Source: an uncultured Verrucomicrobiae bacterium (GTDB lineage Bacteria > Verrucomicrobiota > Verrucomicrobiia > Chthoniobacterales > UBA10450). From it: a stretch of 64,000 nt of DNA. Shown here one piece after another: positions 32,301 through 39,708 of the stretch (position 1 is its first letter; each line of letters begins with the position of its first letter). The DNA is taken from contig CAVSDR010000003.1 in assembly GCA_963726745.1 (NCBI GenBank), forward strand, positions 736,001 to 800,000, in the 5' to 3' direction. The notes beneath the pieces are model-generated. The model saw only the letters and a program-made list of their open reading frames with translations. It was not told the DNA's origin and ran no database searches. A program made the position numbers and the translations under genes.

Positions 32301-33004
32301 TGAGTCACCCTTATGATCGCGCCACCGGCGGCGGCAACAGCGGCTCGGGCGATTCCGAACACGTCGGCGGCCCGGTCTGGAGCGCCGACAATGCGCTGCT
32401 TATTTTTGCCAGCCGCGCCTCCGATTTGATCGCGCAGGATCACAACAATCGCGAAGATGTCTTCGCGCTCGCGGTCGGGCCGGTCGCGCGGGTGGTCTCG
32501 CGCCGGCAACACGGAGCCGGGGGTCCGTTTTTCGACGTGGACCTGCCGCTGAATGGCGCACCCGGGATCGAATGTCGCGCCGGCGGCAACTACTCGTTAG
32601 TCTTTCAATTCCGCGGCCCGGTGACGACCGGCGCAGCCGCGATCACGGCAGGCACCGGCGCGATCGCCGGCACGAGCACCGATGGCAGCAGCGTGACCGT
32701 GAACCTGACCGGCGTGTCCTCGCCGCAGCTCGTGCGCGTGAAATTAGCCGACGTGAATGACGGCCTCGCGCGCGCGGATGTGCAGGTGACCATGGCCGTC
32801 GTCCTCGGCGACACCAACGCCGATGGCACAACCAATTCCGGCGACGCCCAGCAAACGCGCGGCCGCTCCGGGCAATTGGTCGAGGGCGAGAACTTTCGCT
32901 CCGATGTGAACGCAGACGGCACGATCAATAGCGGCGACGCTTTCATCGTCCGGGCGCATTCCGGCGAAGGAATTTCCGCCACCGCGAGCAATGCGCGAAA
33001 GTAG
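29348..33004 (+). CDS. TolB/PD40-like repeat beta-propeller protein with dockerin-like module
   Basis: About 16 repeats of SADGRFxxFxSxAxNLVxGQxDxN..DVFLxDR..G...LVSH, a signal peptide, and GDTNADGTTNSGD. Confidence 0.88.
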   Translation: MPTPLRTRVAFLLLFTAAAAHAEVPSRPAPEGVALPAQPQLISAADPNQASATAGALLSTKTSASADGRYVVFESSSDNVVPGQVEANASLDVFLHDRSAHTTVLVSHAAGTPLTAADAGSMIPSISADGRWVVYWSFAGNLVAGQIETHLQEPNVFLYDRLSGENRLISHAAGAPLTTADSNSYDPAISADGRFIAFTSAASNLIAGQTDGGASASIFYWDRLADTMTLVTHAAGTDTTTANGLSFTPLPTADGSWLAFLSTASNLVPGQTEDAKRLDLFLWNRASGQTVIVNHAADSSTTVGNGAAGSPALSADGRFIVYQSAATNLVPNQVDPNQSAQDVFLYDRNTGANTLVSHIQGNALTTGNVTSLYPTISADGRFVSYQSAAANLSSTSDVNNAEDVFLWDRTTDSSQLLTRNPGGSAANAKSFGSRLAADGNTVVFSTYATDLVPGQNSPSSGDVFLYDRLLGTLQLMSHRPGSASLGGDGQSFLPLPSADGSVVVFNTQASNLVPQDTNGSADVLFYERASSVLTAASAVAGGTASLTANGNSGNGRASADGRFIVFASDATNLLPGQSDTNNANDIFLRDRQTGALALVSHAAGAAAQTGDSNSYAPAISADGRWISYSSRATNLVDGVLDTNGVADVFLYDRESNTSRLLSRNSLVPTLAADDYSETAVVSPDGRFVVFASDATDLVTAQSDANNGRDVFLFDRQSGSTRLVSHASGAALLTASDYSFAPSISSNGNFVAFYSAALNLAPGQDNNLNSVQHLFLYDRNADSCRLVDAQSDTPARTSDGNTGSTVADDPAIFSADDRTLAFVSSSTNLVPGQSDTNGRDDVFLFDRVSGQTTLVSHAAASATATGDGYAYSPTVSAEARFVAYRSAATNLVAGQVDANSFQDVFLWDRLNGQTRLVSHALGQPATAGNGFSFDSPRTGTPTLSPDGRFVAFVSSSSDLVAGQNDRFGFSGDLFLYETSSGQNILVSHPYDRATGGGNSGSGDSEHVGGPVWSADNALLIFASRASDLIAQDHNNREDVFALAVGPVARVVSRRQHGAGGPFFDVDLPLNGAPGIECRAGGNYSLVFQFRGPVTTGAAAITAGTGAIAGTSTDGSSVTVNLTGVSSPQLVRVKLADVNDGLARADVQVTMAVVLGDTNADGTTNSGDAQQTRGRSGQLVEGENFRSDVNADGTINSGDAFIVRAHSGEGISATASNARK

Positions 33005-33036
33005 CGCGTTGCCGGGCGCACTCACGCGAGGACGCT

Positions 33037-33612
33037 CTAGTTCGGCTTCCCGTCGCGCCCGCTGTTCGGGCGTTTGACGGTGAAGATGGTGATCGTGCGC
33101 GCCTGGTTGTCTGCCCCTTCGGCGACCACTCTAAACAGCGGCTGCTTCGGCCGGGCGACATCCCAGGCGACGACCTTTGCATTAGCAATCGGCGCTTTCT
33201 TGACCTCGCCGATCTTGTCGAACGCGAGTTCTTTCCCCGCGCGGAAAAAGCCGGTCATGTTGTTGACCCGTCCGGAGTCATCCGTCTTCAGAAAGATGGT
33301 GGAATAGGGGCCACCCTTCATTTGCCAGAGGACCTTGTAGGCGCCGCCTTCTCCCTCGTCTTCCTCGGTCTCCTGCTTGGTCGGTTGGCCGCCTTCCGCG
33401 AGCGGGTCGAGCTTCCGCCGCGCCGCCTCCACCGTGTCGCCTAATTTCACCCCCAGAAGCGAACCCATCACTTTGACGGTCTCGGCGTTGTGCAACCGCA
33501 CCGCATAGGGCGCGAGGCCGGAGGGGGCGGGCAGCGGCGAGGTTTCAGCGACCGTCTCCGCCTGCGCGTAAGGGACCGCGCAGGCGAAGAGGAGGGCGAA
33601 GGTTTTCTTCAC
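33037..33612 (-). CDS. secreted hypothetical protein
   Basis: Signal peptide MKKTFALLFACAVPYAQA. Begins 8 nt after the upstream stop. Confidence 0.78.
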   Translation of the reverse strand: MKKTFALLFACAVPYAQAETVAETSPLPAPSGLAPYAVRLHNAETVKVMGSLLGVKLGDTVEAARRKLDPLAEGGQPTKQETEEDEGEGGAYKVLWQMKGGPYSTIFLKTDDSGRVNNMTGFFRAGKELAFDKIGEVKKAPIANAKVVAWDVARPKQPLFRVVAEGADNQARTITIFTVKRPNSGRDGKPN

Positions 33613-33620
33613 TGCGCGGT

Positions 33621-36254
33621 TCAGAACGGATTCTGAATCGTCAACTCGGTGCCGCCGCGAGTGGAGTCTTCCAACGCGGTGCTGTTCCCAAGCAGCGTCT
33701 GGCCGCGCAGGCCACAGAGGACAGAACCGAAGCCAATCGTCGGCCGATTCGCCCCGGTGAGGAAGCTGTTCAACTTAGACGACGAGATGCGCACGCTGAT
33801 GGTATTATTCTGCGAGTTGAAGAACGCCCGGTCGGCATCGCCCCGCTCGGTGCGGGTAATCCCGCCGCTAAAGGTCCGCACCGCTGTGCCCCACTTGGCC
33901 ACGCGCGTTCCCTGCGCCGAGGTGCGGGCCTCGATGTAGAACTGGTCACCATCGTCCGAAAGGCCGGTCGAATAGGAATTACCCGGGATGTTGATCACGC
34001 CAGTCTCCGGCGCGTTCGCGGTGAAATACATCCGCCAGGTGCCATTGGGCGGGACGGTGCTCAAGTCGGAGACCTTCATGGTCGCGGTGATCACCGGCCC
34101 GGCATTGCTATCCTGGAAGAGATACTTGATCGAGATGATGTCGATCGGGCTGTTGGTCGGCGTGACCGCGAGCAGGCCGCTGTCCTGGTCCTGCGCGAAG
34201 TCGGTCACCTGCTCACCATCAGGACCCGGCTGCATCGGTTGAGGCGATTTCTGCCCGGCGATGGGCGCAACCGTTCCCGGCGTAGCGAAAGGCTGTGCCG
34301 GCAACGCGGAACCTTCGACCTGAGCCGGCAGCGCGCCGGTGCCGTTAAAGGAGGGCCCGGAGATCTGGCGCGCCACAAAGGTGTGGCCGTCAAAGTCGTT
34401 ATGGTCATCCGTGAATCCCACGATGGCCGCGCCGCTCGGGTCGAGCACCACCTGGAAGTAGTCGATTAAATTGCGGTTCGGCGAAACGCCGGTCAGCGGC
34501 AGCCCTTTCAGCGAAATGTTCGAGGCGTGATTCGAATGGCTGCTGGCTTGGACGATGCGGAATTCCGGCGTGGCCGCCTTCGCATTGAAGCTCTGGGCGA
34601 AGTAAACCCGCCAGCGGGCGTTATCGTCGTTCGAGTCGTTGTCGGTCGCATACCAGGCGACGGCGACGGAGCCAGGTACAGGACCGGCCGCCAGCCAGGG
34701 CATGAGGTTCAAACGCTCGCGAGGATCCGCGGAGTCGTTCACCGCGACCGGCGCGCTCCAGGAAGTCCCTTCGTCGGTCGAATGGACCAAGTAGATATTG
34801 CGCCCATCGGAGTAGACCCCGTAGATCGTGTGATCGTCGGCCACGCGGATCGGGAAGAAGATGTTCGCGGAATCGACCGTGGCTGGAACGGCCTGGTGCA
34901 CCACGTAAGTCTGAGGCGCATCCGCTGGAGTGCCGCCTCCGGTATTAGCGGAGGGTTTGCCGACCGCGACTTTGCCGTCGTTGCTGCTCACGTAGACCAC
35001 CCCGGTGGTGCGATCGACTTCCAGCGAGCCCGTTTGCGGGAAGGCCACCCCGCCCGCGGGGAACGCAGGACCGTAGCTGAAGCCGCCATTGGTCGACTGC
35101 TGAATGAAAGCCAGTCCTTGGGCGAAATTGCGATAGACCTGGTAGACGATGTTGTTGTTAAAGAATCCGAGCCATTCGCGGTCGTTGACCGGCACGCCGC
35201 CGATGATGTTGCCGACTGGATTGAAGGCAAACGTCTGACCGCGATCCAGCGTTGTTCCGAGGGTGAGGTTGGCTGCGGTCAAGCTGGAGTAAGCCAGCAC
35301 TGGCACCCCGGGCTCCTGATTTTGGTTCACGTTCCCTTTCGCGCCGGTGTAGGGACCGAAGCCGACGGCTAAATCGATATCGCCCCCGCCCAGGGCACCC
35401 GCGGAGAGCTGCGATTGCAGGGTGGTGTCGAATAACGAATCCGGCTGGCCGCGATATATCGGCACGCGCATGAAAGGATCGTAGTTTGGATTCACCGCCC
35501 CAGGCGCGTTGCCCTCCTGCGTCCGGCGCGCTCGCGCGGCCGAAGACGGCGCCGGCAACGTCGGTCGCAGGTCGAAGTAGAATAAATCAACGCCAGCCGG
35601 CACCCCGCGAATCCCGCAGATGTAATAGTTCCCGAAAGTGTCGATCCGGCTGCTCGGCTCGCCGTCGGAGTTGGCCGTGCCAGTCTTGGTGGGTGAGCTC
35701 GGCGAGAAGGTGATGCCACCGTGGGTATAGGTCGCGGTGCGCAAAGCGGAGCCGGTGAGGACGCTGATGGTGCCCACGGGTTGGTCGGCGCCCGGGGTGT
35801 TTGTGAAGTAGGTGATGTTGACGTTGTATTCGCCGGGAACCACCGGATTGAGCGAGAACTGCTCCTGGGTCGAAGGGGCGCCGCTCCCGGAGGTACCGAT
35901 TTCTTCGCCATCGCTCCCGTCCGGGTTGCGCTTGTGAATCTGGAGATCGTAATCGTTTGCCGGCACCTGCCAGTTGATTCTGATCTGCACGAGCTTGCCC
36001 GTGTAGTCGTTTACATTGCCGGAGATGCTCAGGTGAAAGGTGTCTTTGTTGACCCCCAAAATGGCAGCCGAGGGGTCAGCCGCGCCGGTGCCCACCGCCG
36101 TGCCGGTGAAAGTGCCGGTAAAGGGGGCCACGGGCCCAGCCGGGGTAATCGTGCCTGCCGGCGGAGCAGTGGCGCCGGCGCGTTCCGCCGCGAGGAGGGT
36201 GCAAAGCGCTGCCGCCAGCGTGGCGGAAGAACGAAGGAAGGTTTGGTATTTCAT
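33621..36254 (-). CDS. secreted Asp-box propeller protein lacking the dockerin-like module
   Basis: Signal peptide, shared N-terminal module (WQVPANDYDLQIHK), GEP/GGGD/DREW, STNGGFSY and STDEGTSW. Confidence 0.85.
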   Translation of the reverse strand: MKYQTFLRSSATLAAALCTLLAAERAGATAPPAGTITPAGPVAPFTGTFTGTAVGTGAADPSAAILGVNKDTFHLSISGNVNDYTGKLVQIRINWQVPANDYDLQIHKRNPDGSDGEEIGTSGSGAPSTQEQFSLNPVVPGEYNVNITYFTNTPGADQPVGTISVLTGSALRTATYTHGGITFSPSSPTKTGTANSDGEPSSRIDTFGNYYICGIRGVPAGVDLFYFDLRPTLPAPSSAARARRTQEGNAPGAVNPNYDPFMRVPIYRGQPDSLFDTTLQSQLSAGALGGGDIDLAVGFGPYTGAKGNVNQNQEPGVPVLAYSSLTAANLTLGTTLDRGQTFAFNPVGNIIGGVPVNDREWLGFFNNNIVYQVYRNFAQGLAFIQQSTNGGFSYGPAFPAGGVAFPQTGSLEVDRTTGVVYVSSNDGKVAVGKPSANTGGGTPADAPQTYVVHQAVPATVDSANIFFPIRVADDHTIYGVYSDGRNIYLVHSTDEGTSWSAPVAVNDSADPRERLNLMPWLAAGPVPGSVAVAWYATDNDSNDDNARWRVYFAQSFNAKAATPEFRIVQASSHSNHASNISLKGLPLTGVSPNRNLIDYFQVVLDPSGAAIVGFTDDHNDFDGHTFVARQISGPSFNGTGALPAQVEGSALPAQPFATPGTVAPIAGQKSPQPMQPGPDGEQVTDFAQDQDSGLLAVTPTNSPIDIISIKYLFQDSNAGPVITATMKVSDLSTVPPNGTWRMYFTANAPETGVINIPGNSYSTGLSDDGDQFYIEARTSAQGTRVAKWGTAVRTFSGGITRTERGDADRAFFNSQNNTISVRISSSKLNSFLTGANRPTIGFGSVLCGLRGQTLLGNSTALEDSTRGGTELTIQNPF

Positions 36255-36275
36255 AATGGAAGGAAAAAACCGCGC

Positions 36276-36962
36276 TCAGGCGCGGCGGCGCCGGGAATAA
36301 AGAGCCAGCGCGCTCAGACCGACGAGGCACAAGGCCACACTCCCCGGCTCCGGCACGGCGGTGCCGGTGAGGGAAAGCGTAGCGAAGATTTGCTGCGTTC
36401 CAGCGAGGTTCTGGTTCGGCAGGCGAAAGCCGTTGGACTGTGAGAGACCGGTGGTGTCGTAGATCGTGGCCACCAGCTGTCCATCCTGCAGGGCGGTGAG
36501 GAGCGCGCTCATGTTCGCCGGCGTGCCGGTGATCGTGAGCGTCACGTAATCTTTGTCCGCCAGGGCAAAGCTCGGGTCGTAATCGTTGAACCCATTCAGG
36601 AGCAACCCTTGCCCAAGATCGATTCCGTCGAGGCGCAGGCCTAACGAGTTTACGTCGAAGTCATCGTCGCCGTACTGCGCGCCATCCGGCGGATAGGGCG
36701 TATCCACGACCCCGTTCGAACCGAGACCAGTGTCGCCGTCGATGATCGTGAGCCGGATCGAGACCGAAGTGATGTCGAGCAATTGCGGCTGCAGCGCGAA
36801 ATTAAAAGCCGCCGCGGCGATCGGCGCCGACTGCCCGGCTCCGGTGGCGCCGTTGAAATTACTCTGGAGCTGGATGTCGCTGATCGTCGCCGCCGGCGAC
36901 TCCGCCAGCAGCCCTCCCGCGAGCACCCACGCCGCGGCAAAAAATACGCTCCGCTTCGTCAT
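36276..36962 (-). CDS. PEP-CTERM sorting domain protein
   Basis: Ends VPEPGSVALCLVGLSALALYSRRRRA. Signal peptide from ATG 36962. Confidence 0.92.
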   Translation of the reverse strand: MTKRSVFFAAAWVLAGGLLAESPAATISDIQLQSNFNGATGAGQSAPIAAAAFNFALQPQLLDITSVSIRLTIIDGDTGLGSNGVVDTPYPPDGAQYGDDDFDVNSLGLRLDGIDLGQGLLLNGFNDYDPSFALADKDYVTLTITGTPANMSALLTALQDGQLVATIYDTTGLSQSNGFRLPNQNLAGTQQIFATLSLTGTAVPEPGSVALCLVGLSALALYSRRRRA

Positions 36963-36975
36963 TGGGCGAGCGGGA

Positions 36976-37578
36976 TTAAAGGTTGCGGCGAAAACGGCGC
37001 AACTGCGCCCCACCGGCGACCAGGAGACCCGCGCCCAGAAGCGCAACCGTCGCCGGCTCCGGCACTGCCGTGATCCGCAGGGTCGTCATCGCCATTTCCG
37101 CTCCAGACGGTCCGCCGCCCACGAAGATGTCGTTTGGCTGCAGGATGGTGTCATTAGGATTATTCGTCACGATCGTCCCGACGAAGCGTTTATCGGCAAA
37201 TTGGGCCAGCAGAGACATGGCCACCGCAGGACTCACCGGGCCGGAAATAGTCAACGTGTCCTCCAGGCCGTTGCCGCGAAAGCCATTCAGCGCCAGACCG
37301 GTGTTGATGCCGTCGAGAGCAAGAAAGAGATGATTAAAATCGAACTCCCCCATTGCCGAATTGCCGTCCTGCAAGGTCAGCGTGACTGAGATCGAGGCGA
37401 TCGAAGTGATCGTCGGCTGGCTGGTGAAATCGTAGCCGGTTCCGGTTGTCAGCGTTGCCGGAGTGGTGGTGGAAAGTTGCTGCTGCGTGTTTGTCTGCAG
37501 GTTAGGCGACGAGATGATCGTCTGCGCCGAGAGCGCGAGGGGAAAGAGGAGGGAGGAAAGAAGAAGGAGCCGTTTCAT
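36976..37578 (-). CDS. PEP-CTERM sorting domain protein
   Basis: Ends VPEPATVALLGAGLLVAGGAQLRRFRRNL. Paralogous to its neighbour (LTxxDG, DFD, LxLDGI..GLxLNGF). Confidence 0.92.
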   Translation of the reverse strand: MKRLLLLSSLLFPLALSAQTIISSPNLQTNTQQQLSTTTPATLTTGTGYDFTSQPTITSIASISVTLTLQDGNSAMGEFDFNHLFLALDGINTGLALNGFRGNGLEDTLTISGPVSPAVAMSLLAQFADKRFVGTIVTNNPNDTILQPNDIFVGGGPSGAEMAMTTLRITAVPEPATVALLGAGLLVAGGAQLRRFRRNL

Positions 37579-37762
37579 AGTTGGAGAGGGAGCGGGGTTG
37601 AAGTGAGGCGACCTCCGGTGATCCGATTACCGTGAGGTTCCAGACGCAGTCACGTTGTAAACGGGCCGATCCCGCCGTCTGGTTGTGGACCGGACAGAAA
37701 TTTCTGGCGCCTATCGTTTTTTTTGGGGGCTTATGGCCGCCATCCAAACCGCCGGGCCGCGG

Positions 37763-38338
37763 CTAGAGTTTTGCCAGCGCGACCTGCGCGAGACGCTTGC
37801 ACCGCTCGAGCTGGTCTTTGCCGCCGGTGCTCACGCGCAGGATCACGTCGCCTTTGAGCACGTAGAGCGCTCCGCCGACCGCGTTGCCAGCCCAGAAGGC
37901 CTCTTCGCCCACGCCTTCCACTTTCAAGGGCGGCCGCTTTTCCTCGCCCTCTTCCCCGCGCTCGCGTTCGCCCTCTTTTTCGCCCGGGCCGAAAGTCTTT
38001 TCCCAATATTCCTGCGGCTGGCGGCCGGCCGGGCCCTGGCCGCGCTGCGTCACCGTGAGCACAATCGAGTTCGTGTGCGTCGGCAGCGTGTAGAAGCATT
38101 GCGAAACCGTGAAGGCCTGGCCTTCCGCAGGTGCCGTCGGCTTCGTCTCCGCGATCGCTTCGCCCTGGATTTCCTGGACCGCTGCCGCCGGGAGAAGCGC
38201 GCAGGCATCGACCGATCTCACCGGCTCATTCGTGGTCGTCCTCGGCTCCGCCTCCGCGGCTTGCTTCTCCGGCGCTTTTTCACAACCGGCGAGGGCGAGC
38301 GAAAATATCCCGAGCGTAACCAAAAATTTCCGCGCCAT
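37763..38338 (-). CDS. lipoprotein of unknown function
   Basis: Lipobox LAGC after MARKFLVTLGIFSLA. DACALL..C..VEGVGEEAFW pattern. Confidence 0.82.
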   Translation of the reverse strand: MARKFLVTLGIFSLALAGCEKAPEKQAAEAEPRTTTNEPVRSVDACALLPAAAVQEIQGEAIAETKPTAPAEGQAFTVSQCFYTLPTHTNSIVLTVTQRGQGPAGRQPQEYWEKTFGPGEKEGERERGEEGEEKRPPLKVEGVGEEAFWAGNAVGGALYVLKGDVILRVSTGGKDQLERCKRLAQVALAKL

Positions 38339-38439
38339 GGCTGCGAGCGTGGCACCTTCGCAGAGCCCGTGCAACTCTCTCCCGTGGACGCGCCGCAAAC
38401 TGTGTGACATCGTCCGCTTCGCCTCCGCAATTGAAATTC

Positions 38440-39177
38440 ATGAAGCGCTTCTTTCCCTTTCTCCTCATCGCGCTCGTCGCCCTCGCCGCCGTCGCCGGTG
38501 GCGCGCTTTTCTACCGCGCGAAAGTGGCCGAGCTCACGCCCCAAGCGAAGGCCGGCACGACCGCCAGTGGCTCCCGCCAGGTCCATCTGCGCGGCAACCC
38601 GAAAGCGAAGGTCACCCTCAAGGAATTTGGCGATTTCCAGTGCCCGCCTTGCGGCATCCTCTCGGGTGTTCTCGCGCGCCTGGAGCACGATCTCGGCGAT
38701 GATCTCGCGGTCGTCTTCCGGAATTTCCCGCTCGAGATGCATCCGCATGCGATGGAGGCCGCCCTTGCCGCCGAGGCCGCCGGGGAGCAGGGAAAATTCT
38801 GGGAGATGCACGATCTCCTCTTCCGTAACCAAATCGCCTGGGCCAAGGAAACCGACGCCAAGCCGATCATCGAATCCTACGCGCGGGATCTCAGTCTCGA
38901 CCTCGAACGCTTCCGCAAGGATCTCGCCAGCCCCGCGCTTCGCGCCCGCATCGAGGAGGACAAGAAACTTGGCGACTCGTTAGGCGTCACCAGCACACCC
39001 ACCCTTTTCATTAACGACCAGCCGCTCGCGCCCTCGCACTTCAACGAGCCTTCGCTGCGCGCCGCCATTGCGGCTGCGCAACGCGGCGAAGCCGTCCCCA
39101 CCCCGCCGCCGCGCCCCTCGGTCCCGTCGCCGGTTTCCGCGACTCCGCCGCCGCTCGCGCCTACCCCGCAACCATGA
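38440..39177 (+). CDS. DsbA-family thioredoxin-fold protein
   Basis: N-terminal TM, EFGDFQCPPC, FRNFPL..HP.A..AA.AAEAAGEQGKFWEMHD and GVTSTPTLFIN. Confidence 0.92.
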   Translation: MKRFFPFLLIALVALAAVAGGALFYRAKVAELTPQAKAGTTASGSRQVHLRGNPKAKVTLKEFGDFQCPPCGILSGVLARLEHDLGDDLAVVFRNFPLEMHPHAMEAALAAEAAGEQGKFWEMHDLLFRNQIAWAKETDAKPIIESYARDLSLDLERFRKDLASPALRARIEEDKKLGDSLGVTSTPTLFINDQPLAPSHFNEPSLRAAIAAAQRGEAVPTPPPRPSVPSPVSATPPPLAPTPQP

Positions 39178-39638
39178 CGCGCAAAAATAAAAACCCCGCC
39201 CCGCCGACTGAGACCGGCCAGCGCGCCCGCGCGGTCGTCTTCACTTTGGCCGCCGCGATCGCCCTCGCCGGCCTGGCCGAGACCACCTACCTCACGGTGA
39301 TGCATCTCTCCGGGGCCAACGTCGTCTGCGTGGCATCCAGCGGTTGCTCGCAAGTTCTGCGGAGCGCCTGGGCCAGCATCAAGGGCATTCCGCTGGCTAG
39401 TCTCGGCGCGCTCGCCTACTTCAGCGCCTTTAGCGCCGCCACGCTCGCGGCCTTCGGCTATCGCCGCGCCGAGACCTTCCTCGCGTTAATCGTCGGCGTC
39501 ATGTTCCTCGCCACTCTCGGCCTCCTCTACGTCCAGGCCCGCGTCCTCCACGCCTTCTGCGATTACTGCCTGCTCTCCGCCGCCTTCATTTTCCTTCTCT
39601 CCGGCCTGGTCATCGCGCTCCCCCGACGCGCTGCCTAA
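39174..39638 (+). CDS. vitamin K epoxide reductase (VKOR) family disulfide-formation protein
   Basis: C-x5-C..VL.S.WA...GIP, a CDYC active site, four TM segments, and ATGA overlap with the DsbA gene. Confidence 0.92.
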   Translation: MTRKNKNPAPPTETGQRARAVVFTLAAAIALAGLAETTYLTVMHLSGANVVCVASSGCSQVLRSAWASIKGIPLASLGALAYFSAFSAATLAAFGYRRAETFLALIVGVMFLATLGLLYVQARVLHAFCDYCLLSAAFIFLLSGLVIALPRRAA

Positions 39639-39708
39639 TTTTCTGCTCGGCGAAGATTTTTTCGCGCATCGGACAGCCGTTGTCCGCCCGGTCTGCTAGG
39701 ATGGGCGG

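Noticed and set aside
29500..32470. Regularly spaced repeats suggesting a CRISPR array
   Set aside because: They are degenerate in-frame protein repeats with no identical DNA repeats, spacers or cas genes.
8625..33004. Classical cellulosome
   Set aside because: No cohesin or scaffoldin and no recognisable cellulase or CBM3 domains in the window.
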